Shown piece after piece: positions 1 to 10,251 of a stretch of 64,000 nucleotides of DNA. The notes beneath the pieces are model-generated. The model saw only the letters and a program-made list of their open reading frames with translations, made no database searches and was not told where the DNA came from. Source of the stretch: Candidatus Heimdallarchaeota archaeon. Its GTDB lineage: Archaea; Asgardarchaeota; Heimdallarchaeia; Hodarchaeales; Hodarchaeaceae. Every line of letters starts with the position of its first letter. Within the stretch, counting starts at the first letter, position 1. Position numbers and translations under genes: made by a program. Where the stretch lies: assembly GCA_019057635.1 (NCBI GenBank), contig DXJL01000113.1, positions 32,001 through 96,000 on the forward strand. Direction: 5' to 3'.

Positions 1-2
1 GT

Positions 3-488
3 TCTAAATCAGCGGCTCATTCTGTGGGGAGAATTTTCGCTAGAGATAAAGGTGGCCTTATTCAAGTAACGACTGAATTTGCTGGTTTTGATAAATCTAA
101 ATCTAAGGAATACCCGAGGAAACAGGTTGTATCGGTTGCATTACCCAAGTATCGAGAAGGAGATTACATTCTAATCGATAAACATGTATTCAAAATAGAT
201 GGATATTCAAATTTCAAAATAGCTTGCTTAGATGTCATGAATAAAACTCTAAGAAGAATGTCTATAAAATTATTCGATGAACTAAATCCAAAATCGCTAG
301 ATATGGATTTTGAGGAATATCAGATAATTCACTTTGAAACAGCAGAAAATTTAGCTGAAATAATGAATTTATCGAGCTATGACACTCAATTTGTCGATTC
401 GACTGAACTACAGACCTTCTCAGAAGGAGATACCTTTTGGGGAATAGTTTATGAAGGAAGAATTATACTGAAAAATCATTCCGATTAG
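3..488 (+). CDS. NMD3-family protein (60S export-like), 5'-truncated by window edge
   Basis: Frame is open to the window edge. 'TTEFAGFDKSKSKEYPRKQVVSVALP' resembles the archaeal NMD3 core, followed by OB/SH3-like C-terminal segments. Confidence 0.65.
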   Translation, partial: SKSAAHSVGRIFARDKGGLIQVTTEFAGFDKSKSKEYPRKQVVSVALPKYREGDYILIDKHVFKIDGYSNFKIACLDVMNKTLRRMSIKLFDELNPKSLDMDFEEYQIIHFETAENLAEIMNLSSYDTQFVDSTELQTFSEGDTFWGIVYEGRIILKNHSD

Positions 489-509
489 AAAAGTGGTGGG
501 ATTCAGGCA

Positions 510-1892
510 TTGAAATTTGATGAGAATCTGAAACAATACATCAATAGTATTCAGGTTGCTTCAAAGATTATCTCGTTTTATGAGAAGAAGCAAGTATCGT
601 TAAGAAATGCAATGAAGATGTATCCAAAATTCTCGAGTGATGAGGACCGCTACTCGTATTCCCAAGTACATGCATTAGTCTTTGAAACTGTTCGTTTTCA
701 AAATATTGCGAATCGGATAATTCACCAGCAGATACAAAATCAATTCGCACAGAAGATCCCAGTAAAAGTGAGAAATATTCTGAGAATTGTCATCTACCTT
801 GTTGTCTTAGCACCAGAAAGTCCACAAAATCAATACTGGGATCTTTCTTGTCAAGATTTATTAAAATCACTTGATTTACAATTTTCAAAACACATTTTCT
901 CTGATTTAAGTAATTATTTAAACAAGTGGAAGTTGGAAATCCTTCTTGACACAATCAATGATAAAGAGGAGAAACTTGGTGTACAGTTCGCCCATCCGAC
1001 TTGGTTAGTTCGTGATCTACTTAACTTCTATGGATTAGAACTGACTAAAAAAATTTTGGTGGCAAATAATAAGACATTACCAGTGTATTTGAGATTGAAT
1101 CTGTTGAAATTTGAGAGAAGTACGATTATTACTCAATTATCAAATGAAGGAGTTTCTATCGAACCAGATCCTATTCTGAATGATGTTGTGAAGGTTAAAT
1201 CAACAGAAATCCCCCTACCTCGCCTACCATCCTTTAAAAACGACTTATATTATATGCAAACAAAAGGTTCTTCTTTAATATCTCATATTCTAGACCCGAA
1301 AAAAGGAGAAAAGATACTTGATGCATGTGCCGCTCCAGGAGGAAAAACTACACACTTAGCCACTCTTCAAGGTGATTTAGGATTCATAGTTGCGACGGAC
1401 AATCATCACCGAAGAATGCAAGAGTTAGTAAGAAAAATTAATGTTTACAATCTGAAAAGCATTCATCCAGTGCTATTTGATATGAGAATAGACCGAGTCT
1501 TTCGAAACACTTTCGATAAAATTCTTCTCGATGCACCATGTTCAGGTTCTGGCACATTTTCTTCTCGCCCAGATGCAAAATGGAGAATAGATAGGCATCA
1601 AGTCAAATGGCTAAGTAATCTACAGTATTCTCTTTTGAATAATGTTTCAAAAATGTTAACCAAAAATCAATCTTCATACTTAATTTATTCCACATGTTCC
1701 CTCCTTCCGATGGAAAATGAAGATGTGATTGAGCAGTTCTTAACGACATGTCCTCAATTTGAATTAAAAACACAAAATTTGACCATTGGAACCCCAAGTC
1801 CGAAATTCCCACTTGCACAACGGTTATTCCCACATATTAATGAAACTGAAGGATTTTCAATCTTTAAAATTGGTTATAAAGAATTTAACTGA
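510..1892 (+). CDS. RsmB/NOP2 (Sun/Fmu) RNA m5C methyltransferase
   Basis: ILDACAAPGGKT, LLDAPCSGSG and YSTCS motifs; NusB-like N-terminus; TTG start. Confidence 0.95.
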   Translation: MKFDENLKQYINSIQVASKIISFYEKKQVSLRNAMKMYPKFSSDEDRYSYSQVHALVFETVRFQNIANRIIHQQIQNQFAQKIPVKVRNILRIVIYLVVLAPESPQNQYWDLSCQDLLKSLDLQFSKHIFSDLSNYLNKWKLEILLDTINDKEEKLGVQFAHPTWLVRDLLNFYGLELTKKILVANNKTLPVYLRLNLLKFERSTIITQLSNEGVSIEPDPILNDVVKVKSTEIPLPRLPSFKNDLYYMQTKGSSLISHILDPKKGEKILDACAAPGGKTTHLATLQGDLGFIVATDNHHRRMQELVRKINVYNLKSIHPVLFDMRIDRVFRNTFDKILLDAPCSGSGTFSSRPDAKWRIDRHQVKWLSNLQYSLLNNVSKMLTKNQSSYLIYSTCSLLPMENEDVIEQFLTTCPQFELKTQNLTIGTPSPKFPLAQRLFPHINETEGFSIFKIGYKEFN

Positions 1893-4443
1893 AAAATTCC
1901 ATTAGGTTGACCTGGCCTGTAGATAATTCCTCGAGGTCGATATCTAATGCTCCTATTAATTGTTCAAAAATAGTATCAATCATTGATCTATAAGCTTTTA
2001 TATCAATCTTGGATTTTTGGGACATAAGTTCTAAAGCGGTGACTCTATCGGAATTTTTAGTCTTTACAAATCTAATAAAGCGTCCAGATTTTATGAACTC
2101 AGCTGGTACAGATTTATTTAGAGGTTTATTATGACGCTGTTTTTGAAACATCTCCTCCAGCTGCCAGGCTGCTTTTACATGTTGTGCATTTACTGCGTAC
2201 TTATGTAAAGGTTGTGTCATTTGCATAGAAATAGCAAGATCGTCATTTGAATATTTCCCTTTTTCTAATTTTCGATACACGCCACCAATATACTCTTTAA
2301 CACGAGCTTCTGCAGCATAAAACTCAGGTTCCGATTTGACCTCTGATAACCTCTTTAATACATTTTTAAATGCTTTTTGAAGAAATTGTGGTGTATTCCG
2401 TTTTTTTCCCATTAATCCCTTTACATCAATCTCTGAATTTGGATAAACACCAAAATAATTTTTCTTGCGTTGAGAAAGAACTACATAACGATAGGTCTTT
2501 TCTACTTCAAGACCTACTCCCAGTGACTCTTGACTCCAATTTATTATCTCTTGAATTTGCTCTTGTGTTGGGGATAGAAGAAAAACGGAGTCTGTATCTC
2601 CATAAAGAACTTTAATGTTTAAACTTTGAGCTTTGGAAATTGTCCGCTCAATAGAATCTCTTCCATAGGCAGTAGTAGCATCAGCAACAGGAAGACAGTA
2701 TAAGAGAAAACGATCACTTCCTAAAACACCGTAAGATGCATTAATTAAGACTTTAAGGCTTCTTTCCAGTATTTTATAATAATCCTGCTGAATTGACTTC
2801 TTTTTTGATTCTGGTTTCAACCATTGAACTCGAACATCTTTTATGAAACCGATAGTATCAGCGATAATTCCACGTTCTTTTTGACACACCCAATAGTTAG
2901 TTTGTGGAACTTTATTTTGTTTACATTCAGAATGATTACATAAAATTGTTTCATAGCTTAAATTAAAGGCACTTATGATGGAAGGGTAAAGAGAAGCAAA
3001 ATCTAAAACAGTAACATCAAAATGAAGCCCTGGAACTGGATCAATCACTGTTGCTCCTTTGTATTTTTTTCCTTTGATAATTGCTTCAGAACTTCTAAAT
3101 ATATTTTTTTCTTTTTGAATATCCGCTGCATTGGGGATCAAGTATTGTCTACGACGATGTTCAGAATAAAAAAGGCTCTGTACCCAATTCGATACTGCTG
3201 TTCTTGTTAAATCGTCAATGGGAGTACGTGTTATACGAGAGAGTACAAATATCAATTTCAGAGGAGTTTTATTATCAAATAAGAGAAGTTCAAGTGTTAT
3301 TTTCGCATCTCTTACACAATAGTGTATTAACTCCCATTCTGTAAGTTGAGCAATCTCTTTTTGAAGTTTAATCTTTCCTACACCCAACAATGCTGATGCA
3401 ATTGCATTTAGATTGGTTTCCTGATATTTATTTCCAAAAGCATAAGTACGAATGGCCACATTCTGATAAAACCGATAAAGATCAAGATGAATCCCATTTC
3501 TTAGGGTACATTCTCTATTACGCCTATTCCAAATAATAGGGCTAAACTTATTGACCTTTAATTCTCTAGCACGCTCATTTAAGTAAGGAAAATCAAAGTT
3601 ATCCCCATTAAACGTTACACAAATTGGATAATTATCTAGGATCTCAAATGCTCTTTTCAATAAATCTGCTTCATCCTTAAATCGAACTATGTCGATTGAT
3701 TGAGAATCATTGTCAATTTCTTGACCTTTTTCTACCTCTTCTCTCTCTAAAACGAGAGCAAAAGCACCATTTGAATTATCAGAGAAACAGATGCAGGTGA
3801 TCCTATGTTTTGGATCAGACGCTTGTGGAATCTGGTTTTCAGTATATTCGGTTTCAATATCACAAGACAGAATTGGAAAATCTGGTATTTCTTGCGTGAA
3901 ATCGATGATAAAATTATTCAAGAGGCCTTCATACTTTTCTAGGTGAGTCATTACCGCTGTTGGAAGCGTTAAATCAGAGTTTTGAGTACCTGGATTGAAG
4001 AATTCCTTTTTTTCTACATTCCATCTGTATTTCCTACCTGGGACGAGTTGTTGGTCATAAAGCCAGTTACGATGATATTTTATTCTTGATTCCCAAGTTT
4101 CTCCTAATATCTCTCTTACCTTCGGAACTTCACTGGGAGTAGGCGTGAATATTTGTGTAAACGTAGAATCTACATTGTGTAGTAAATCACGTTTTTCAAT
4201 AGTAGCAAGTCGCTTAATGGTTCGTGAAGATATATTCCTTGCCTTAATATCTTGAATGGATTCACTACTTAAACAATACGGTTCATGGTCAAATGGATCT
4301 GTAATATACACTATTTTACCTTTCTTGATATCAAGAAACTTTATTCCTGCTCCGTTGCTCTTCGCATCATAGACAGTGCTTAACAATAAATAATCTTTAT
4401 TCGCTTCCAGATTAAAATTATTTCCAGGTTTAATTTTACTCAT
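1885..4443 (-). CDS. polB1: Family B DNA polymerase, PolB1 (Dpo1-like)
   Basis: Exonuclease motifs DIET and FNGDNFD; polymerase motifs DFASLYPSII, KVLINASYG and YGDTDS; N-terminus 'LLLSTVYD' as in the PolB1 clade. Confidence 0.92.
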   Translation of the reverse strand: MSKIKPGNNFNLEANKDYLLLSTVYDAKSNGAGIKFLDIKKGKIVYITDPFDHEPYCLSSESIQDIKARNISSRTIKRLATIEKRDLLHNVDSTFTQIFTPTPSEVPKVREILGETWESRIKYHRNWLYDQQLVPGRKYRWNVEKKEFFNPGTQNSDLTLPTAVMTHLEKYEGLLNNFIIDFTQEIPDFPILSCDIETEYTENQIPQASDPKHRITCICFSDNSNGAFALVLEREEVEKGQEIDNDSQSIDIVRFKDEADLLKRAFEILDNYPICVTFNGDNFDFPYLNERARELKVNKFSPIIWNRRNRECTLRNGIHLDLYRFYQNVAIRTYAFGNKYQETNLNAIASALLGVGKIKLQKEIAQLTEWELIHYCVRDAKITLELLLFDNKTPLKLIFVLSRITRTPIDDLTRTAVSNWVQSLFYSEHRRRQYLIPNAADIQKEKNIFRSSEAIIKGKKYKGATVIDPVPGLHFDVTVLDFASLYPSIISAFNLSYETILCNHSECKQNKVPQTNYWVCQKERGIIADTIGFIKDVRVQWLKPESKKKSIQQDYYKILERSLKVLINASYGVLGSDRFLLYCLPVADATTAYGRDSIERTISKAQSLNIKVLYGDTDSVFLLSPTQEQIQEIINWSQESLGVGLEVEKTYRYVVLSQRKKNYFGVYPNSEIDVKGLMGKKRNTPQFLQKAFKNVLKRLSEVKSEPEFYAAEARVKEYIGGVYRKLEKGKYSNDDLAISMQMTQPLHKYAVNAQHVKAAWQLEEMFQKQRHNKPLNKSVPAEFIKSGRFIRFVKTKNSDRVTALELMSQKSKIDIKAYRSMIDTIFEQLIGALDIDLEELSTGQVNLMEFFS

Positions 4444-4664
4444 CTAGGAAACTCCTAGGTCTCTAAGACGCCATTGAATGATTGATAACCTAATAGCTTA
4501 TACTGAGATTACATAACTTTTATGTTTTTATCCTAAAAAATCATTTTTTTTCACCTAAAAAATTATTAAAAGGAAATTTTTTAATTCCTTCATATATATT
4601 CCAATCTAACACTCATAAATCAGTTTGCAGAAGCAATCATTGGTCAAGATGGAAGTGAACACAT

Positions 4665-5009
4665 TTGTCTCAAGGAGAATTAAATGCTAAAAAAATTGAA
4701 ACTTTGACCAAAGTAGCTAGACTTCTAGGTGATCAGATTCAGGCTCAGAGTAGAGCAATAAATAAGATTCAAAATGAAATTGATTGGATAAAAGAATCTC
4801 TTAAAAGAATCACTAATGAAGAATTACCTGTAAAAGCTGAAGTGTTCCAAACAGAGGATGATATAACGCCTGAAATCATACAAGCTCAGGAACCTAGCGT
4901 TATTTCTTCTTCAGAAGAAGAAATAGATAAGACTACATCAAAAACTAAAAAGCGACCTTCTGAAAAAGAAGAACTTCTACAGGCATTAAAGATCATTGAT
5001 AATCTTTAA
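4665..5009 (+). CDS. Hypothetical small coiled-coil protein with C-terminal amphipathic helix
   Basis: 114-aa ORF: heptad-rich N-terminus, acidic linker, C-terminal EKEELLQALKIIDNL. Confidence 0.6.
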   Translation: MSQGELNAKKIETLTKVARLLGDQIQAQSRAINKIQNEIDWIKESLKRITNEELPVKAEVFQTEDDITPEIIQAQEPSVISSSEEEIDKTTSKTKKRPSEKEELLQALKIIDNL

Positions 5010-5049
5010 AAATAACTCAGTGGACTCGTGAAGAGTCTCGAAATAAAAT

Positions 5050-6723
5050 CTAGCGTAGAATATAGCGTACAAGTTGCTTAATATCTAAGGGAATCCCTTC
5101 TTTATTCCCTAATATGGTATTAGTGTAAGATCCGATTAGATCTGACCATTCCCATCTATCCAATTGGTATAGTTCTTCTTCTGGGGATTCTATCACTTTG
5201 ATGATCCGTCTATCAACATAATCATTCAATCGTCTTTGTAAATCCAATCTCTTTTCTGCAGGAATCCCTAGGATTTGGCTAATCTTTTCCTTTGATAGTG
5301 GTTGGTTGGTTCCCAGAAGAAAGAGGATCCAATTATCAGGAGACGCTAACAACGCTTTTACCACAGGACGGAGGTCTATATCCATCCCAACTGAAACACC
5401 ACCTGCTTTCATCGTGATTTCTTTGGTAACTTTGTAGCTTAGCTCTTTACCCCCATCACCTTGCTCTTTTAAATTCACAAGGCGTTCTTTTAACAGATTA
5501 ACTTCCTCACGAAGATTTGCAATGTCAGATGTTATTACCATACTGTCAGAGCTTTCTTCTAAAATTTCAGGTGAAACTGTTCCCCCTTCTCTCAACAGAT
5601 TCTTTAATTTTTCATTTTCTTGTCTTGTATCGATTAAAATTCTTTCAAATTCTAATAATTTCTCAGATAAGTCTTCAGCGAGTCGTTCATCAATTGCCCT
5701 GGACCAAGAAAGTTTTTCGTGAGTACTTTGTGTTGTACCTACAAGCTCTACTTCCAAATCCTCTTTGATTGCTTCTAATTCCTTTATACGAGCTTCTTGG
5801 CTCAATATTTTGTCTTTCAGCCTGTTTACTATCGATGCAGTATTTAAAATGACCTTGTTATCATCCACATTTGGAATTCGATAAACGGGTACTACACTTC
5901 CCCTATCCCAAATAGATGCGGTTTCATACCTAACCCCCAACTTCTCAATCAACTTAGCAATTTCACGAGTTTCATCATTATATCTGAACATGAAAAGATT
6001 TTCCTCATCACCCTCAAACCTGTACAATCGAGAAAATTTCAACCAGATTGTGACAAAATCCAAAACATCTTGTTCATCTTTACATTTGGAGACAGAAAGG
6101 ATTATTTGGGGAAAACTAGCTTGGAATTCTCCAGTAAACGCTTTAACAACCGCAGAGCAAAGCTGCACGGGAATTTTAACATAAAAACCTCGTTGATTCT
6201 GTGCAAGTTCGCCATCAGGACACAAGTTCACATCAAAAACAGAATCAAATGTTTCGATAAAACTCTCAATTTTTCCTCTTTGATCAGTTTGGTAGGTACC
6301 GGTCTGAAATACATTCTTGGATAGTGTAAATAATCCGAGAAGCTTAGCTAAAGAATTGCTCTTAGTTTTTACGGGAAGTTTTATTGGAAGCTGGCTCTTT
6401 TTATTCCCTATACTAGTGACTGTGAAAGAGGTCATAAAAAGTTCGCGTTCATTTTCAACTAATATGCGAAGTGTTGACAGAGGAATGGTCATTTTTGGAT
6501 TTGAACGGTATCGTGACCATTGTGTTCGACTAACAACTGGACCCAACGCTTTTTGCATTCTACTATGTTGGAATACGAATCGACGCCCAGCTAATGAAAG
6601 ATTTACTCTGGCCTCGTCTGGAAAGTTCTTTAATGACAACCATTCCTCGATTTCATGATCCATATCAAGTCTTGATCGTCTCTTAAAGACTTCTTCATGT
6701 AATTCTAATTTTTCGGACTCCAA
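5050..6723 (-). CDS. Hypothetical protein: degenerate LAGLIDADG-like domain, coiled coil and C-terminal winged helix
   Basis: 557-aa ORF with GAGGT SD. 'IKLP..SLAKLLGLF', 'KIESFIETFDSVFDV', 'FPQIIL..DVLDFV' and 'REIAKLIEKLGV' follow the intein/homing-endonuclease pattern. Confidence 0.6.
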   Translation of the reverse strand: MESEKLELHEEVFKRRSRLDMDHEIEEWLSLKNFPDEARVNLSLAGRRFVFQHSRMQKALGPVVSRTQWSRYRSNPKMTIPLSTLRILVENERELFMTSFTVTSIGNKKSQLPIKLPVKTKSNSLAKLLGLFTLSKNVFQTGTYQTDQRGKIESFIETFDSVFDVNLCPDGELAQNQRGFYVKIPVQLCSAVVKAFTGEFQASFPQIILSVSKCKDEQDVLDFVTIWLKFSRLYRFEGDEENLFMFRYNDETREIAKLIEKLGVRYETASIWDRGSVVPVYRIPNVDDNKVILNTASIVNRLKDKILSQEARIKELEAIKEDLEVELVGTTQSTHEKLSWSRAIDERLAEDLSEKLLEFERILIDTRQENEKLKNLLREGGTVSPEILEESSDSMVITSDIANLREEVNLLKERLVNLKEQGDGGKELSYKVTKEITMKAGGVSVGMDIDLRPVVKALLASPDNWILFLLGTNQPLSKEKISQILGIPAEKRLDLQRRLNDYVDRRIIKVIESPEEELYQLDRWEWSDLIGSYTNTILGNKEGIPLDIKQLVRYILR

Positions 6724-6908
6724 ATTATTACCTCACCCTGAAGTGATCACGATATTATAATGATCTTCTAATCTTATTTATTAAGCTAACAAATTCTTTC
6801 TTGAATGATAAATGTTTCTTTTCTGAAGTGTTTATATTAACTAACTAAGACTGCACCAGTGGCACAGTCATGATTTTTATGGTTAACGAAATTTATTTGA
6901 GCTAGTTT

Positions 6909-7685
6909 ATGATGATTGATTTTTACTTGGCACTATTAGATCCCATTTTTGACTTATTCTTGCTCATCTGGATATCATTAAATGATATCCTTATCGATCT
7001 TGTTGAGACTTTTGGAGTTTGGGGGCTTATATTCGCCATGGTTTTTCAATCCGTTGTTGCTCCAATTATATCTGAAGCAGTACTGACTGCAGCAGGATTT
7101 GGGTTTTATAATGCCTATGGGAACGAAGGTTTATTTTTAGCTTTTATTGGAGGGTTTATTGGTTCTCTCCTTGGAGCAGTAATCGCATTTTATATTGCAC
7201 GGGGAGTACAATCATTATTGAGAAAGAAGATAGTTGATGTTTACGGAACTAGAAAAGAGGACTCAGATTCTGAACTTAATCAAAGGAATCCACGATTAAC
7301 ACGATTAGCCAATTTCCTTGCTCGGTTTATTGATGAAGATTCCGAATACTTTTTTGATTTAATTGAAAATCATGGTTTTCTATTTGTATTAATTGGACGC
7401 CTAGCTCCATTTATCCCCTTTGATGCTGTTTCTTATGGGGCTGGCTTTACTCGGATAAGTTTCTGGAATTATTTTATCCCAACAATTATTGGAACGATTC
7501 CCAGGGTCTTATTTTATATTTATTTGGGTGCAGAGTTAGTTTCATGGGCTGAAGAAGATTTAAATATTTTCTTTCTAATCCTTTTAGCCTTTGCCCTAAT
7601 AATATTCAGTTTATATATGATGAGTATGCGTTTCCTAAAAAATAGGATCGGAAGAAAACGGGATATTGATAAATCTCATAACTAA
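6909..7685 (+). CDS. DedA/VTT (TVP38/TMEM64) family membrane protein
   Basis: GRLAPFIPFDAVSYGAG and GTIPR motifs; multiple TM helices. Confidence 0.9.
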   Translation: MMIDFYLALLDPIFDLFLLIWISLNDILIDLVETFGVWGLIFAMVFQSVVAPIISEAVLTAAGFGFYNAYGNEGLFLAFIGGFIGSLLGAVIAFYIARGVQSLLRKKIVDVYGTRKEDSDSELNQRNPRLTRLANFLARFIDEDSEYFFDLIENHGFLFVLIGRLAPFIPFDAVSYGAGFTRISFWNYFIPTIIGTIPRVLFYIYLGAELVSWAEEDLNIFFLILLAFALIIFSLYMMSMRFLKNRIGRKRDIDKSHN

Positions 7686-7792
7686 TTAAATTAGTGGAAA
7701 ATACGTCTCAAAAATAAAACATCAGGGAGTTTATGAACCCCCTCCCTTGCTTGAAAATCATATCGGCTATAAGTGAATATTTATAGACCTTT

Positions 7793-8170
7793 TCACATTA
7801 GAATAGCGTCTACGGTTCCACTTTGTCCAGGACGAGAAGTTACACGAGCTTTTCCTTTATCAGTTTGAATAATAGCTCCCTTAGTAATGATTTTTCGTCG
7901 AGCAAAGTCTCTATTTGCGGGATTAGCTTCAACATCTAGTATTTCTACTTTTTCAGATGTTTTTTTATCTGGATGAGAGAGATTTGTGTATTTATGAGCT
8001 AATAGACGAATTTTTCGATTTCCTCCACGTGTTCTTATCATCTTACTTCTTTGATCGCTAAGAACTGTGAGCGCGGGTGGGCGGGATAGATCCCGTTTTT
8101 TCTTTTTAATCGCTGTGTGATAACGTCCACCGCTGGGTTTACGAACGGACCGTTTTTGTGATCGTGCCAT
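7793..8170 (-). CDS. rps8e: 30S ribosomal protein S8e (eS8)
   Basis: RKPSGG, RTRGGN, IITKGAII and VTSRPGQ motifs. Confidence 0.97.
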   Translation of the reverse strand: MARSQKRSVRKPSGGRYHTAIKKKKRDLSRPPALTVLSDQRSKMIRTRGGNRKIRLLAHKYTNLSHPDKKTSEKVEILDVEANPANRDFARRKIITKGAIIQTDKGKARVTSRPGQSGTVDAILM

Positions 8171-8248
8171 TAATATCTCCTCTGATTGTTATACGCAAGA
8201 GTATATTAGAAAGCCATTTATGTGGGCTTCTTCAATATTTGGGCAATC

Positions 8249-8575
8249 TTAACTTCGCTTATATCTTTCCTCTCTTTGCCTCTTCTTCCTGTCAAGATAT
8301 TTTTTCGACTTCTTACGCTTTATTTTCTCATGGGTGACTATTTCATCATTTATCTGAACACGTTCGTAAGCCGCTTTGCTTGCAGATATAACAATCCATG
8401 GACTTTGAGTTGAGCCAATCGCTTCGACTACGTCTCCAAGGGATTTTGATTTCCCTTCTATATCAACATATGCTTTAGATCCTATTTTAGGTAAATTTAT
8501 TCCTTTCAATTGAACAAGTACTTTTCCTTGTGTCTTAACGGTGCATTTACCGATTCGCATGGATGAGGGTGTCAT
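8249..8575 (-). CDS. gar1: H/ACA RNP protein Gar1
   Basis: PKIG..V......LG.V.E.IG....PW pattern with a basic tail. Confidence 0.8.
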   Translation of the reverse strand: MTPSSMRIGKCTVKTQGKVLVQLKGINLPKIGSKAYVDIEGKSKSLGDVVEAIGSTQSPWIVISASKAAYERVQINDEIVTHEKIKRKKSKKYLDRKKRQREERYKRS

Positions 8576-8712
8576 AAGATTTCCCAGTTAACGTGAAATT
8601 GTGAATCATCTTTCAATATTTGCCTTGCATTTGTTAATAATCTCTTATTGGTTTTTTTGTGACAAGGAAGAAAGAAGAAAAACTAAATTTATCAGTTTGT
8701 ACTTCCTAAGTA

Positions 8713-9957
8713 ATGTGGAGAAAACAAAGTATGAATTCCTATGATGTCATTATAGTTGGGGGAGGGCCAACAGGTCTTTCTACTGCCATTACAATAGCAA
8801 AAAAAAGTGATCTCAAAGTCTTAGTTTTAGAAGAGCATTCTGAAATTGGAAATCCCCTAGCTTGTGGTGAGGGAATTTCCACAGAGAAGTTATTAACATT
8901 AAAAAATATGCCTCGGGTTTCCCAAGAAACTAACGGTTCGATATTAAAATTTCAGAAAGAAGAATCCTTTATCGAACGTGAAATTATTTCACAGCGTTTT
9001 TTTTTTGGTACAACAGGTGTAGCTACCTCAAATGTGAATACAGTAACAATTAATCGTCCTTTATTTGATAAGCTCCTCGCAAAAGAAGCTGAAGAGCACG
9101 CAGCAACAATTCAATTAAAATCCCAAGTCCTAGGAATCACAAAGAAAAATCAAAATTTGGAAGTAAAAACTCAAAAAAAAACTTTTTCGGCTCCACTGGT
9201 AATTGGATGTGATGGCCCATCAGCCCACAGTGTACAGATGATGAATTTGTCACCACCAACTGAGTATGTACAAGGGATAGAATATAAGATTGAGGGTGTA
9301 TATACTGATGCATTAGATTTCTATTTTAATTTTAGAGAGTTCCCTAAAATGCATTATGGGTGGGTTTTTCCTAAAAAATCACATACAAACGTTGGGATTG
9401 TCACTGATACAGCTTCTAAACCGAAAGAAATGCTAGTAAAATTCGTAGATTATTTAAATAATTCAAATATGAAAAAAAGTGCAGTTCTAAAAGAAATTGC
9501 TGGAATTATACCTGCTAGTGGCCCTATTCCTAAAAAATATTGCGATAATTACATGGTAGCGGGAGATGCAGCAGGAATGACAAATTCTATTTTTTATGGG
9601 GGAATTGCTATTGGTATTCACGCAGGAATGCTTGCAGGAGAAACTGCAATCAAGGCGCATGAATCTCAAAGATTTGACGATGAGTTCCTCTCGAAATATC
9701 AAATACGATTGGATTCTTTTCCATATTCGGATCCAGTGATTCAAAAAGCTCATGAAATATTATATAACAAATTGTCACCTGAAGATATTGAAACATTTGG
9801 GACTCTTTTAGATGGCTGGGATATAACAACGATTTCTAGCTTTCAAAAAATAATTTTACTGTTAAAAGCGTTGAAAAAACCTTCCACGCTTAGGCACATC
9901 AATGAGGTTCGTACAGTTGCATATGGCTTTAGTAAAAGCCGAGATTGGGGATTCTAA
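8713..9957 (+). CDS. Geranylgeranyl reductase family FAD oxidoreductase
   Basis: VGGGPTG, P..CGEG, YGWVFPK and GDAAG motifs. Confidence 0.9.
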   Translation: MWRKQSMNSYDVIIVGGGPTGLSTAITIAKKSDLKVLVLEEHSEIGNPLACGEGISTEKLLTLKNMPRVSQETNGSILKFQKEESFIEREIISQRFFFGTTGVATSNVNTVTINRPLFDKLLAKEAEEHAATIQLKSQVLGITKKNQNLEVKTQKKTFSAPLVIGCDGPSAHSVQMMNLSPPTEYVQGIEYKIEGVYTDALDFYFNFREFPKMHYGWVFPKKSHTNVGIVTDTASKPKEMLVKFVDYLNNSNMKKSAVLKEIAGIIPASGPIPKKYCDNYMVAGDAAGMTNSIFYGGIAIGIHAGMLAGETAIKAHESQRFDDEFLSKYQIRLDSFPYSDPVIQKAHEILYNKLSPEDIETFGTLLDGWDITTISSFQKIILLLKALKKPSTLRHINEVRTVAYGFSKSRDWGF

Positions 9958-10095
9958 CTAGAATTACGACCAGAATAGCACCTTTACATTGTTAAGTCAA
10001 GACTTAATAATCCCATGTCGGTCAGTGGAAAAATGTCAGAACTCGTCAGAAAAAGCCAGTAATAACTCTAATAATACATACGAGGAATCTTAGAA

Positions 10096-10242
10096 ATGAA
10101 AAGTAATGCAAAAGCCTTCATTGCCTTTAGTATGGGAATAATTCTCCTTGCTACTGCAATATCAGAGGGTCAATTTGGAGACATTGCTGATTTGATAGTA
10201 GAAATCACTTCAAGTGCAATTGCAGGTATTCCAACACCATAG
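10096..10242 (+). CDS. Small single-TM peptide (48 aa), not in ORF track
   Basis: ATG..TAG encoding MKSNAKAFIAFSMGIILLATAISEGQFGDIADLIVEITSSAIAGIPTP; GAGG SD; ends 9 bp before the 4Fe-4S membrane gene. Confidence 0.65.
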   Translation: MKSNAKAFIAFSMGIILLATAISEGQFGDIADLIVEITSSAIAGIPTP

Positions 10243-10251
10243 GCGATCAAA

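Noticed and set aside
1885-4443. Intein or casposon/viral origin of the PolB
   Set aside because: Its length and motifs fit an uninterrupted cellular PolB1 in a housekeeping context.
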